Assembly: GCA_905178155.1 (NCBI GenBank)
Contig: CAJINV010000008.1
Coordinates: 2,591,896-2,655,895, forward strand
Direction of reading: 5' to 3'
Length of the DNA: 64,000 bases
From: Amoebophrya sp. A120
Lineage: Eukaryota > Protista > Dinoflagellata
Of the stretch, positions 13,205 to 26,868 are shown piece by piece. Every line of letters starts with the position of its first letter. The stretch's first letter is position 1. The translations under genes and the position numbers were made by a program. The notes below the pieces were generated by a model that did no database searches, was not told the DNA's origin, and saw nothing but the letters and a program-made list of their open reading frames with translations.

Positions 13205-13351
13205 CGGAAGCTCGCCCGCCCCTGTCGCTTAGGTCGCTTTGGGTCCTCGTCGGAGGACATTTCCACCTTTCTGCACGACCGCAGCAGATGCCTTACTTAT
13301 TCTACCCTTGTTGCTCGCCTTGCTCTGACCGTGGTCTCGTGATTCGCCACG
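13205..13351. repeat. Diverged duplicate of 15529-15666, the 3' end of the neighbouring gene
   Basis: Shares CTGTCGCTTAGGTCGCTTTGGG and CACCTTTCTGCACGACCGCAGCAGATGC with 15529-15666. Confidence 0.8.
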
Positions 13352-13901
13352 CTCTCATCGCATGAAACGTGAGTAAACGCATGGCGTTTCGAGCTCATCG
13401 CATCAAAACAAAGACAATGACAAACACACAAACATGTTCATATTAAATAAAACTTTAATTTTCACAATTACGAAACCGCAGGTAAGTACTACGGTTACGG
13501 CTACTGACATTGCTTCTTGAAAGCAGCAGCGGAGATCTATGAAAGGTGACATCGTAACTACCCTATCCCTACCCGTAAAACGCTTGAGAAACATTGATAT
13601 ACTTCTTAACGGAAGCAGCAAGACAACGCCTTCTTCAGTTTCGAGAACTTAGAAGTCTTCCCCGCGGCTGCCGGTGCGACAGAACTCGAGTCAGACTGGT
13701 ATTCCAGATCCGGGATGTTCGTGGACGCATCAGTGCTAGCGCTCCTGGAACTGATACTACTGCTGCCGCTATTGCTGGCCCAAGTGGTGGCGCTACTGCT
13801 GGAGCTACTGCTGGAGCTACTGCTGATGCTACTTCTCTCACTACTGCCGGCGCTAGCGCCGGGGGTCTCAATCGGTGGGTTCAAGATGTCCTCGAACTCC
13901 T

Positions 13902-14993
13902 TTATGTCTGGGAGTGGGAGGTGGCTGTTGAGGGTCCAGACCGGCGACTCTGGGGGGGGGACGCCGGCGGCTCTGGGGGAGAGAGGCACGACGACGCTAC
14001 TTTGTAGCAAGGCGCCAGCAAATCAGCAAAGAGCCCGTGCACTTGTTGAAATGACGACGCAGGCGGCTGTGTCCCCGAATTCATTGGGTGCTCCGCAGCA
14101 GTTTCGAAAGACCGACTCTTCATTCTGCCTGCCAAAAGATGCCGGTACTTGTTGCAGTACCGCAACTGTGCATACTCGGGAAACGAGACGCTGCAAGAGC
14201 AAAGGGGACTCTTTCCGACGAGCGCCGTTCCCGTGCACTTTTTGCTCCTCGGATAAAATTCGTCGTCGTCCAAAATCAAGTTCTTACTGGTATCCAGCTC
14301 CATGAAATCTTTCACAAAACCAGCTTTCTTGGCCAGCAGGAAGAAGTCTAGACTTCGCCCCGACTGAAACACTTGCACGGCAAACACGGCGTGTTGTTCT
14401 CCAGACTGGTCCGCCACGGCATCAAACGAACTTTCGTAACCAAGAAGATCTCGCTCCAAGTCACGCAGCTTGCTGATCTCCTGCAGGCTGATCGTTCGCG
14501 CCGAAGCCCAGTTTCTTCCCGGAACAGACTGCAGGTACAGATCCATGTCGGGAATGGGTGGCCTCACTTCCGGATCGGACTCGCCGGCGGGCTGAGACTC
14601 GACGAAACTGCCATGGACGTCCGCAGCCTCATCGACGACGACGTCCGTGTCCTCCTGGGCATCCACCACGTCGTCCAGATCATCTACGTCCTCGTCTAGG
14701 TCATCTACGTCGTCCAGATCACCATCTTGCTGCTGACCCAAGCGCAGTGTCGTCGCGGAACTGCGAGCTGTGCCTGCGCTGGCGCCACTTGTTGCGGCTG
14801 CAGACACTATCAAGAACTTTGGACCGTGCAACTCCGCTTTCACGAAAACCATCAAGCTCGTCCCCGAAAGCATGGACAACCCGGTGAGACAGCACACTGG
14901 GGCGGAAAGCCAGAAGCGCACCCGCGCGAGGAGCTGCATCATCCTTGACGCACTTTCCACCTCGTTGACGAGTTCTTGTCTAGCAATCTGCAC
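13902..14993 (-). CDS. Hypothetical protein with an acidic tract
   Basis: 363-aa ORF with protein-like composition; boundaries uncertain, and ORF 13606-14010 may be part of the same gene. Confidence 0.5.
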   Translation of the reverse strand: MQIARQELVNEVESASRMMQLLARVRFWLSAPVCCLTGLSMLSGTSLMVFVKAELHGPKFLIVSAAATSGASAGTARSSATTLRLGQQQDGDLDDVDDLDEDVDDLDDVVDAQEDTDVVVDEAADVHGSFVESQPAGESDPEVRPPIPDMDLYLQSVPGRNWASARTISLQEISKLRDLERDLLGYESSFDAVADQSGEQHAVFAVQVFQSGRSLDFFLLAKKAGFVKDFMELDTSKNLILDDDEFYPRSKKCTGTALVGKSPLCSCSVSFPEYAQLRYCNKYRHLLAGRMKSRSFETAAEHPMNSGTQPPASSFQQVHGLFADLLAPCYKVASSCLSPPEPPASPPQSRRSGPSTATSHSQT

Positions 14994-15552
14994 CAGTAGA
15001 GAAATTTAGTTTTGTGATCTAGTAAGTAGTTCATTGATACTGATGGACGCGATTGCCAAGAAAAGGAGTGAAGAAATAAGCAAGGCCACCTCATGGAAAA
15101 AAGCAACACCGTTAGACAATAAAAATAGAAATCCGGAAAGCGCACAGTACTTATCGAGAGACGGCAAACCGCGATGATTTGTTTTCTCGCTCTACCTCTA
15201 TCTCTATCAGACTCTCCGACACTAATAAACTGAATCCCCAATGCAACTCTAAGTACACGCTCTCCGCATGTGGTAAAGAGTAAGATAAAGATGAGGACTG
15301 CCTCTCTTACCATTTCTGTCCTCAACGTGGGTACTACAAACTAAACTCATAAGAGGCGCAGAACACATTTTTCTCGTCTCACATTTACAAATATATCACA
15401 CTAGTCATCGATGACGATACGCATACGACACTGCTTGAAATGGACATCAAATTCAAACGTCTCCCTCTACACAAGAAAAATCTTCGAGGGAGGGGCGAGG
15501 ACAGTGCAAAAATAAATAAACAGTGATTCGGAAGCTCGTTCGCTTCTGTCGC

Positions 15553-18500
15553 TTAGGTCGCTTTGGGCCCTCGAACATTTTCACCTTTCTGCACGACCGC
15601 AGCAGATGCGTCACTTATTCCACCCTTGTTGCCCCCCTTCCTCCGACCTTCTCGTGATTCACCACGGTCTTCGGCTACTGCACCGCCCGGAACCGCAGAC
15701 TTCAGTCCCTTGCTTTTGCTCCCCATCCCGGCTGTTGTGCGCAGTTGTGGGCGCTGTGCAGTAGAGAGCTGTTGTGCAGTCGTAAGAGACGCAGTCCCAG
15801 TTGGCGGGATGTCACTTGAGTTTGGCTTGACTTTCGACGACGACGACAAAGCACGTGCGCCTCTTGGTTCAGCTACTGATGAGCTTTTCTCGATTGAAGT
15901 TTTTCTTTTACTCGTCGCGCCTCCCGCAACAGCAGTGGCTGGAGCTGCGTCTTTTGCCCTGCTTGCATTCTTGATGTCCATCCTTCTCTCACCCACTTTT
16001 TCTTCATCCTTACCAGCTGCACCTCCAGCTCCATCGCCCTGCTTCCCAGAAAAGACTCGGCCCTTGTTCTTCCCATTTTTCGCGACTTCCACCTTGTTCG
16101 CCGTAATGCTCATGCTGCTCCCTGCTTTCGCTTGTCTGGCGGCCTCAACAGCCGCATTTTTCTCTCCCGCTTCGGCACTTTTTTTCTCCTGCTGCTCCAA
16201 AAAGCTCTCCACGGACCAGCCAATGCGTAGCTGTTGCATCAGCATACCGTCGAACTTCTGCAACCTCTGCAGAACTTTCTCGTACTGCTTTTTTCTCTCC
16301 GTTCCAGACGATGGGGCCGCGTCGCTCGCGCCGGCAGACACTGGTTGGTCGAGTGGTCCACCGGATGAGAGAGCTGAAGCCGCAGCGATGCTTTCGGCGT
16401 TTTGAAGTTGCGCCGCATGTTCTGTCATCCAGCGCTGTTGGTCTTCTCGCGTCTATGCCTTGCAAACATCAATCTGGGTCTGGAAGTGATGCAGACGAGT
16501 GCAGATTAGATTTTTCGTCCTGGAAGATAAGCATTCATTGCAAAGACTTGCGAGACTCTGACGGTGCTAGATTTATTTTGCATGCCAGACATTTCGGATT
16601 TCGGGGCATGCAAGAATTTGCATCGCTGCAAGTTCCTGAAATTTTTCCCTTCCAGACCCAGACCGACATACCTGCAATGGATAGGGCCACGCTTTCGACG
16701 ATACAGCCAAGCCTGTCTTGCAGCAGCATCAGAAACGGCTGCAGCAGCTCCTTGCGGACGGAGGCAAACACCTTCGCGACCTTTGTTTTCAGCTTGTTCC
16801 TATGCAGGGGCAAAAGACGATCACGATTCGCAGACGTATAAAAAAATTGCGGATTTACAGATATACAACGCTCTCATTATAGTTTTCAATCACACGACCT
16901 TCATCTTAATTCTTCGCCAAGTCAATGCCGCCCGTGACAGTCTGTGCTGCTGCTGCCCCACCAAGTTAGAATAAACTTCAATTGATGGTCGTCGTCATGC
17001 TGAAACTGAATACAATCGGAACAAACCGCTTCCACAACTTTTCATGCAAATCGATGTATACGAAAGCGACATGAACTACGCTTTGCAGGGCGTATTTGAG
17101 CTCACTACGCCGGTCGGTGAAGCGCTCGTACCTCTCGCGATCGAACTTCTCGGTTCGCTCCGCTTCCGCTTTCAGCCGCTGCGCAAATCGGTCCGCCGGA
17201 AACAGCTGCTCGCGAACCTGCTGAAATTCGGTCTTTTGCTTAGTACTTGCCTCTGATTCTCCTTGTTGGTCTTGCTTTATTTTTCCGTTGCCTTCTTCTT
17301 CTTCAACATCTTTCGAAGGTTTGCCCTGCTCGCCAACGAAAAGTAGCAGCTTCTCTCTTTCCTTCCGCTCCAGTTCGTCGCTCAGCTTCTCTTCCTGCAA
17401 CAGAAACTCGTCCTCCTGTTCCACTTTCAGCCGCTTCTCCCGCTCGATCGCGTCATTCAGAAACTTCTGCTCTGCGAGAAGGATGTTCTCCCCCTCTCCT
17501 TTGGGCGCGAGCATCGTGGCGTCCCTCGTCTTCGCCTCAAAAAGCTTCTTGAAGTGCGACAATTTCTGCAGCACCTCCGGAAACATAGCGCCCCAAAAGA
17601 GTTCCTGCTCCTCCTTGGACAACTTTTTCACTTTTTTACCGGACAAAGTACTAGTCCACGACGACGAGGATCGTCCAGGTTGCTGTTGTGCATCAACTAG
17701 TACGCCATCATTAACATCTACACCGCCCTTGTCGCTCGTCATCTTGTCAACAGCTTCCGGCAACAAGTTCAGCTCCAGGTCCAAATCGCCCCGTTTATTC
17801 CCTTTCGAAGTAGCTGAAGCGTTGCTAGAATTATTCGTGGCCGGAGATAGTGGAAACGAACAGGAGGAGGAAAGCAAAACCCGGGCAAAGGAACAGAGTG
17901 CGTCGACCACGAGCGTAAGAATGACTTCCTTCCAAAAGTCCTTGGTCGCAATCCCGAACTCGAAATGGTCATCGCCGCGCACGAACAGTGAAATGCGCAC
18001 GTACTCCCGCAACTCCTGCAGCTGAGCGTCCTCCGGCCGGGGTCCGGCCAGGTAGGCCGGAAGCACGACCGGCGATGAGCTTGGATGTGTTCCGTCTGCT
18101 AGCAGGAGCTGCGCACCGTCTGTAGTAGTCGGATCCGCGAAACTGGAATTCGCTTTGATGTTCTTGTCCCCACCAAGGAGACCCTGGTGGCCCTTGAGGT
18201 CTTTGTGCGCCCCGCGGGCGGTTGGAACCTTGATTGCGGCCGTGAGTTTCTGTCGCTTTTTCTCGAGCACGCGGTCCAGGTCGAGCGAAAAAAGAACATC
18301 GGGTCCGCCGCGAATCACCGCGAGATTGCTCACCTGGTCCTCCGCGTCGAAACTTTGCCTCTTGTTCTTCGCGACGCTGGCAGAAGTTTTATTGCGTGCC
18401 CGTCCCACCAGCCGCTTGTCGTGGTCCTGAACAGAAGGTAATAGTAGAGGTGCTGACTTTAATATTGCGCTCTTATCTTCAGCCTTCGCGCTGGCATCTT

Positions 18501-19356
18501 GTTCCCGACTTTGATGCTTTTTTACTTTGCCTTTCTGCACCAGCAGCCTCTGGTCTTTAGTATCCTTCTTTTTCTTCTTCTTTTTCGTTTTGCCATTTGG
18601 TATTATGTCCTCATTTTCCTTTTTCTTTCTTGCCTTTTTCCGGACCTCCTTTTGTTCTTGCGCTCGGGTTTTTAGCTGCTTTTTCGCTTTCTTCTTTCTA
18701 ACCAAACTGATATTAATGTCATGGCTCGTCGTGCCAGCCACGCCAGCACTCGCCGCGGGCACGGCAAAGGTACTCTTACTTTTTCCGTCGCGGTCGACAA
18801 GGTCCATCTTGTTCGCGCTCGCCGCATTGCTTTTCCCGACAGGAATAGCTCGGGCGATGGACGACGAGGAACTGCTTGCGCCACCGCCGATTGTGGGCTC
18901 GCGGCCATGCTCAGGAGTCGTCTCAATGTACTTCTGCCGCAAAAACTGCGCCAGTTCTTTTCGGGACGCTTTCGGAATCTTTTTGTGGAATAGCCCCCAC
19001 TCGCTCCGTGGAGTTACCAGGTACAGAGTCTTCAAGCTCTCTGCAGACATAGGCGCAGCAGAAGTGCTGCCGCTTGCTGGACTTATTTTGTTGCCTTCTA
19101 CTCCGGGCGACGCAGCCAGCCGGGACGGATTAGATTTCTTGACCATGGTGTACTGTCCTGGTGCTGTGCTTGACGTGGCGCCGCTACTGCTCGTCTTGTG
19201 TTCATCTTGCGCTTTCAGCAGGCGAGCCTTCTCATTCGCGTTGCTCGCGGGTCGTTTCCCATCAGCGTTGGTTCCTGGCCTGGCGACCTCGTTCGACGAA
19301 GCATTGTTTTGGCTTTTGCCCTTCGTGTTCTTGGAAGCCACACCAGCCGTGAACAT
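15553..19356 (-). CDS. Large Lys/Ser-rich hypothetical protein, probably one multi-exon gene
   Basis: 792-aa ORF 16978-19356, plus an exon near 16684-16810 joined to ORF 15553-16428 by removing 16454-16683 (ESVAREDQQRWMTEH). The link between 16978 and 16810 is not verified. Confidence 0.55.
16454..16683. mobile_element. Introner, family A-like
   Basis: TATGCCTTGCAAACATCAATCTGGGTCTGGAAG / CTTCCAGACCCAGACCGACATACCTGCAATGGATA; TSD GCGTC/GGGCC; in-frame join. Confidence 0.85.
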
Positions 19357-20400
19357 TTTGCTCCTGCAATTCAGAAGAATCTCAAGTTCAAGTTGTAAAA
19401 GTAAAACGATGCCGCGCGAAAAGTGAATCGAAAGCCTCTGCTGCGCAAGAACTCACGAAACTACCGTTCGCAGAAAAACTTTGCGACAGGCACAGGCTCG
19501 CTTGATTGCGGATATAGGATAAAAATGTGTATGTGTCGTCAAACTCAAAGTCAAAGCGTAACAAAAACGATCTACATGAGTTTCTAGTTGTACGTACCGT
19601 AGCCACTGCTTACACAAAAAAAGCCGTATAGTTCACATCAATGTCAACATAGAAATCGAAAGTAAGTATGATCCAACTACTCTTTCGGTAGCACAACATG
19701 AACATACCATTTTTCGGGAAAAATAGAGAAGACGAACTGCGAATCAAAACTATATTAAGAAATCCACGATTTTGGTCTGATGCACCTGATTTTGATATGA
19801 TAAATAAGCGTAGCGTTCGTCTGCAGTGCCCGATGCAGCTCCGCAACTCAAATCTCTCGCAGTCGTCGTCCCTCTCACGGAAAAGCTATCTGCAGAAGAT
19901 CCGCATCTGACCTGCGCCGGTAGAAGAATACTACCGGTTTGCGATCTTCAACGTGGACAAGAAAAACGGCTTCGATCCAGATCGGGATCCACTTGTTGTA
20001 TTCTCAATTTGGGTCAGGATGAATGGTCCACCAGCGTTAGATCAACTTGTAGTTTTTCACACTTATTAACAAGCGGGCACCGAATAACACCACAAGACGA
20101 AGTGACAAAGAACAGGAGCTGACGAAGCAAAAAAAACCAGGCACGACCAAGCCTGTCGGTGCCTTTTTTGGCTCTGCTTGCCAGAAATGCGAGCAGCATA
20201 GATTAATGTTGTAGTTGATGTGGCTTTACATCGTACAAATTCCTATGTATCAAGAACAGTGCGTCGGCTCTGTTCCAAAAAGTAGATGCCTTCGAAATTT
20301 GATCTTGGAGGCAGTGTGTATGTGTCGCAAATTTTTCACAATAATCGCTTTGTCTTCATTATCGTCGTGTTAATGTAAGGATTTCATCTACTACTTGTTA

Positions 20401-21794
20401 TCATCCTTTCTTTTGCGGCAGCCGATAGAGCACGGCTTTTCTTTCCTCTTCCAACGATAGGCACTTCAGAACGCCATTCCACGCTTCCAGTTGTATTGGT
20501 GTACTTTTCAACGTACCAGCCGTAGCCTGTTGCGAGTGAGTCGTTTCTTGCCCGTGCCCGGGGGCGGCATAATAATAATTAGAGGCATCTTCACCTCCGC
20601 CTCCGTGCTTCGCTATCGCCTTCTGTGAAGCCGCCTTGAGTATTCGCGCAAATTTCTGCCCCGTTTTCCTGCACTGGCGCTCGTCGGCGAAGGTGTTCAG
20701 CCAGAGCTCAATTTTGACGACGTTTCGCTCTCTGGGACACAGCAACACCCCAATAACGTCGTCGGAAAACTGCCCGGCCACCAGGTTGGTCACCACGTCC
20801 ACCCACATCTCGTCTACCTCCACCGGAAGAGTCTGATGGTTTTTGGGAAGATTTGCATTTGTATTTGCTGAAATGCATACGCAACTGCTACGGAGTACAT
20901 GGAGGAAGACATAGTTAGTACAAACAAACTGTTGAACATGAACAATTGATTGGTTTTATAAATCCTTTTCCTACGGATACACCACATGAAAGAAGGTGCT
21001 GCAACTCCGACTGGAACCAAGAACATGCATATTGAACGAGAAAGTCAAAGAACTCCAACCCGTCCCGCCATCGAGACATATATATGATTCTACTCTCAAA
21101 CCGACTCGAAGAGCAGTAGTACCTCCTTTGCCCTCAACCTGCAGTCCCACCTGGCTCGGGAGTCCGAGCTGGCCGCCGAGGGAAAATACCCGTCCTTGAA
21201 GTACGCGATTGCGTCCACGTACTTGTCGCTCGTGCTCACCACCGCCGACAAGTGTTCATCCTCCAATTTCGCAAACACGGACTGCACAATCTTGGACGGC
21301 TTCTCCACGTTCTGGAAGATCGCCTGGAACCGCTCCACGGTCGAAAACTTGCAAATGCGGACCATCTGGTACTCCTCAAAGTTCTTGCTGTCGAAGGCCC
21401 CGGCCTGGATGCGCGTGAACAGGGAAAAGGAATCCTTCAACGGCAGCTGAAAATCCTCGTCGTCCGACGCAAAATCGGACAAATCCGAACCCGTCAAGTT
21501 GCTCCTTGCATCGTTCTCGTTATCATGATCATTGTGTTTGTCGTCGTCGAGAACTCCAAGAAGATGTTGAGCCCCGTCGTCGTCTGTTATTTCGAGCGCC
21601 AGCGACGCTGTCGTGCAAGGTGTCGTGGTTAATGGTGTCCTGGCATGCCGTTCTTTGTCTTTGGAGGTCTTCGAGCATTTTACAGGCGTCACACCGCATT
21701 TTTGCTCCGTAGAGGTCGTAAGCACAAACTCCGGAGAAGCAGGCACCACTTGCCGCTCTGCGGTGTCGCTACTTCCGGTGGATCTGTCGCACAT
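20401..21794 (-). CDS. Divergent eIF4E-family protein, 2 exons
   Basis: LPLKDSFSLF, KFSTVERF, YFKDG, EMWVDVVTNLVAGQF, VIGVLL and KIELWL follow the eIF4E motif order; GT-AG intron at about 20818-21123. Confidence 0.75.
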
Positions 21795-24215
21795 TTTTTG
21801 CTCGGAAGAAACGGGTATAGGCCGGAGCCGGTCGTCGATTCCACTACGCAACCGTTGCCGGATAGTAGTTTCAGCCGAATATACTCTGATCAAGTATGTA
21901 CGTAATCCTAATTGCCAAAGAAAAAGCGGGAGAGCGGAATTGTTACTCGAAAACGATACTTACATACTGCAGGTCATAAATCCATTTTTGATCCTGTTAC
22001 AAAAGTTTCTTTCGTTCAAGGTTGCCTCTTGATTGGCTTCAATTCTTTTGAAAAACTATCAACAAAGGGAGCCGAAGGCACGACAAAGATCCGGTTCTTT
22101 TTTTCCCAGCATACCAGATCGTTCCTTTCGCGAATTATCAAATGGATCTTCTACCTAGTACAACATTGGCTCATGCATTTATTTTCTGGACATGATAGAT
22201 AAGGATTTTTTCACATGTGGATCACGATCGGTTTCAAGCTTGTGCTCGACGACGACAAGATCCATGAAATTGCTAGATCGCTTGATCATCAAGTAGTGCC
22301 GAAAAAGTAAGTAGAAAGATCGACTTTTCGTACAATTTTCATGATGTGCTTGGGGTTGGGATCATTGCACTGTACTTTTACAACACTCAAATTTCGATTC
22401 CAGAGGTGAAAGTAGTAGCAGGATCCTTAGGCCATAGTCCTTTTCTTCGTAATTTGATTGTGCGGTGATAAAATTCCACAAACTGAAGATGCGGGCATTC
22501 TTACCTTGCTCAAGACATGCAGATGTTCTTCGTCTGACTATTTCTGACTTCGCGAATCTCCGATGCTGCAGAGCTGCAGGTGCTGGTAACATGTTGTCCG
22601 CTCGACCCGCTGTTGTCATGAAGGAGTTGCTTGCACAATGACACTCATCAGGCTTCACCTGAAAAGCGCATGTCCTATGAAAGAAGAAATCCGCGATCGG
22701 TATCTATCGCCGCTTTTCTCACTTTTTCAGCGGGTTTGGCAAATTGTGCCCATACAGGTGATGCCCCACCTTCCAGCTCTGCCCGTAGTTCTCCTGAAAG
22801 TGCCACAGGTAGGACGGTTGAAAAAACCCGTAGTAGATTCCCATCCTCAGCGTGGTCACGCCGACCAAACCGGCGAGGAGCAGCGGCCCATGCTCGCTCT
22901 CACCCATCGACTGCACCAACCCGTCAATTTGCCCTGCATATCAGAGGAATCACAAGGAAATTTCGACGGAATACTAATTTGCGATGCAAGAAACTGAAAC
23001 AACTCGAGCTCCGTTTACAATTGGAAATAGAATCTGAGGAACGAAAAGGAAAATCGTTCGTAAAAATAAGCGCTGGTCAAGCGATTCATCAAGATTCTGG
23101 GCCGCAGAGCGTGTTATGCATACGAACGAACCATTCCGGCGAACAAAAATGCGAGTGAAGATTCGGGAGCAGCGGAAATTGAGAGCAAATCAATGAGTCC
23201 TACATTCACTACATCAATACCTGCAATTGCGAAGGGCAGTTCCGCGGCGTAAAATGGTTTATCGAAATCCGTGAAGAAAAGCGGAGAGCCTGCAAATTTT
23301 GTTTGTGCTTGTCTCGCTACACGGCGACTCCTCCAGATGGCATTGTCATGCTCATGCATCGGCCTATCAACTTATTAATTTACGCGTATAGAAAAAGTGC
23401 AGTAAGGGCATCAATCGCAGCACTTCTGCTGCTACCGCGACGAAACGTTCCAGTATGCATACCTGCCATGGCCACGTTTGCAGCACCCGTACCAACAACT
23501 CCGCCTGGTGAAGAGTGCGCGACAATCCCTGAAGAGCAACTCGCTGAACTGCTACTGTCAGCAGACGCAGCATGGCGGCCGGGAACGCAAGAAAGCGGCC
23601 CCGAGCTACGTACAGTTTCCGCGAGCACACTTTCCGAAGTCGTCGTGCCCCATGCGTGACGACCCGCTGAGCGGGAGATTCGTACACCCGTGCGCGACAA
23701 CATGTTGCTGCGCGAGAAAAAATTTTTTTAGTGCTAAATCAAGCAAATCAAAAGAAAACAAACGCTGAACAGAACAACTACAAGCGCGTTAATGTCCACC
23801 GGGTCAGTCGCTCTTGGGAGCGACGGATTGCCCGGCCAAGCTAGTTAGTTACACACCCCGCTCTTCTTGCTGAGGCCTTCACTGGAGATTAAGTAGTTTG
23901 TGCATCAAAAAAAGCAAAACCAAAAACTCACTCACATTCACAGAAAATATCACAAGTCGAGCACGGGAAGACAACAGAAAGCCATGCTGGGCGAACACCG
24001 CAAGTAGTAGAGGCACAGAATTGATAACATTGCAGCAGCAGCTGACAGCTTGCTCATCTATCGTTCTGGCCAAGCGTTTGCTGTTGACATTTTTCGCGCA
24101 GCGCTCGCGTGCGAGCGAAAAGGATTACAGCAGTACGATCATTTTTTGGAAGTCCTGAATGCTTGTCGAGGGAATAATATGCGCACAGCGGCGCGACACC
24201 AGTTCTACATACAAC

Positions 24216-25036
24216 CTAGTTTCTCAGCAACTCATAATCGTCTTCCACCCCGCTGTAGGCCTGCACGTGCCGCTTGATCTTCGATCCTTCCGCCCAAGTA
24301 ATGTGGTCTTGCATGTCGCGTGTAACATGCAACGCGGAATTGGTCACGCGATCCGGCCCGATCCTAACGTGCCCGTGCTCGATGAGTTCAATCGCGTTCG
24401 TGAGGTTTTCCGCCATTTTCGTCTCGACCATAATGACCGGAAGTCTTCGCCGGCAAAATACCGACGCGGGAAGCTTCTCGGTCAGGGTTAAGGACTGCCG
24501 CGACTGGGTCTGTTGGAGGTGGTGTGAAGGTAGAAGTTTGTCGAGAAATGACGCAACATTTACTTTATCATCACATTACAACGAAATGCAAACACTAACA
24601 GAGCAGCAGCGGCAGCGGGTAGATATTTGCATGAAACAAGGAAGCAGATCATACGGCACGCATATCTTCAGATGCATTTTGCGCACCTGGTACTACGTTG
24701 CTAAATCGGAGGACATCGCTCAATAAAGTAAAACACCGGCCGATCAAATAAACAAAAGGAGCTTATCCAAAATTATACCAGTCCCATTGCAAACAGCTTC
24801 TCGAGCAGCAACTCGGTCATCTTTATTCTCTCTGCGTCGTCGCTTGGCAGCTTTCGCAACTGGGCCGTGAGTTTGGTAACCAACCCGGCAATTTTGTTGT
24901 ACTTCGCATAGTCATCCCGATCCTGGATCTGGTACCTCCGGATAATGCTGCTTTCCCTCGTGGTGTCGTCCGACTTCCAGTCGTAAAAATTCGTCTTCTT
25001 CAGAAGCTTTTTCTCATGGTATTTCAACTTCCGCAT
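24216..25036 (-). CDS. IMP3: U3 snoRNP protein IMP3
   Basis: MRKLKYHEKKLLKKTNFYDWK, SVFCRRRLPVIM, IEHGHVRIGP, DHITWAEGSKIKRHV, EDDYELL; one GT-AG intron. Confidence 0.95.
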
Positions 25037-26868
25037 TTTCGTGGACGGGAAGGGGGAAAGGTCGTCGTGGTAAGAAAGGTTAGCAAAAAAATCTTCAGTG
25101 GGACTCTGTGGTGTGCTCCTTTCGAAAGGAAAATGCTAAGTGTGGTCCTAAGGGCCACCGGTCGCGGTCTGCTCTACTTCTAGATGTTGCTTAGTGCTGT
25201 TTCAGTTTTGTATCTGCTATGCTCGGTCGCTTCCTGGTAAATTAGTCGATGTAGCGTTCTACTTACGTAGAGAGTCCTGAGCAAACGAATGCTGGCATAG
25301 AAATAGATTGATGCAGGTTTCTCGGGAAACTGTGCCACAGATGCACTGAAAAATACAACCAATCGTACAACAGGATCAGCACCAATTTCTCTTTTTTGAT
25401 CGTCATGAGGACCTCAGTGTCTCCAACTTACCACGGTAGGATCGATCGACTTCAATCAGTGATCGATGCGAATTTTCGCTTCGTTTTTCTTTAAGAGCAA
25501 ATCTACGATCAAGTACTGACTTTCTTCCCATTTATTTGCGGGTGGTGATCTTCGATCTTATTTCGTTCTTTTCTACTAACAATGCCTGCATGGTGGAATT
25601 GGAAGCTTGAGTGACGCCCAAACAACCACGCCGCTCGAATTTCTCTTCTTTTAGTCTGGGTCCGGCCGTGCCCGTGGCCGTGCTCCCGAATCAATATAAG
25701 TATACTAGTTCTACACGTCCTCCTGCCTATATTAGGTACCTTTAAGCGAAACAAAACGAGGACATGAGTGATCAAACCCAACTGACGGATCAACTAAATG
25801 CCTTCCTTCACTGTCCCAAACCCAAACTTTGTGGCTTGGAATAAACGCACTGCACCTGCGAACTTCTGGTGCTTAACAGCTCGTAGTAACTCATTTGTGT
25901 AGAAATCTTCAACTTGCTTCGGGCTTTATTCGCGAGGTGCGAAGGGCTCGCAACAAGAAAACCAAAATCATCGCCCGATCATTCTGTCGGCGAACCTATT
26001 TTTGTTGGTTCCAAATAAGACTAACGGCCGACATCAAGCTGTATCTCTGGTCGATCTGATCCTGTCCGTCGTCTGTGCTTGTTCGTGAAACGGAAACAAA
26101 CTAGTGTAGTAAGGCCTGGGGTGTATTTTTGAAGCAGGAGTCAAATCACTGTGAGTGTGTCGTTGTAGGTCGTGGGAGGTGGTCAATTTGTGAGAGGGGT
26201 GACGTGGGGATGGGACTAGGCTACTTTCAGCTTCAGAAAAATTACATATCAACCTAGAAGCGGTAAGGTCTCATCAACCTGTGTTCAAATAAGAAGTGGC
26301 AGCCTCGATAATAGGGAAAATTATGACACGAAGAAAGCAGGCTCACGGCTTTATCTTCTACTTCGAAGAGGTACAAGGCGCTTTGCGAAATTCATCACGG
26401 GTAAGGAATGACAAAAAATTCAAATGATGCTTTATCAACAAGCATAAGCTCCCTCCTGAAATGCTTCTTACTTTGCCTTTGTTCATTTTGTTATCACGGG
26501 GAAAATTGCGAAGCGCGCGAGAGGCATTCTTGAGAAAAAATCATACAAAAATCCGTGCAAGTTCCGCTCGGTAGAGGACGATGGTCAACGTATCTAGGTC
26601 CACCGCGCTGGGGTACGCGCCTTCATCCCTGCACTTGCCTGTACGACCCAAGCGCAGCAGTCGCAGAATCGTTTTTACTTTGGTTTCCAACATTGCGTTC
26701 GCACAGCACTGAGACTTTCACGACCGCGAGTCGACGTGGCACTCGGAGAGTGATCACGTTGATCACATGCAGAGGCTCACATCAAAGGACCACGGCTCGC
26801 TGAACGTCAAACCATCGTCGACCCGGAAGCTCGCTGCCGGTGCGGGGAATGGGAAACCACTTTTACTT

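Noticed and set aside
13740-13850. GCTACTGCTGGA-type short tandem repeats
   Set aside because: Ordinary low-complexity sequence (Ser- or Ala-rich tract), not a structured repeat.
15563-19426. Long plus-strand ORFs (e.g. 15563-16405, 17288-18025, 18527-19426)
   Set aside because: They are antisense shadows of minus-strand coding exons, with Phe/Ser/Leu-rich mirror composition.
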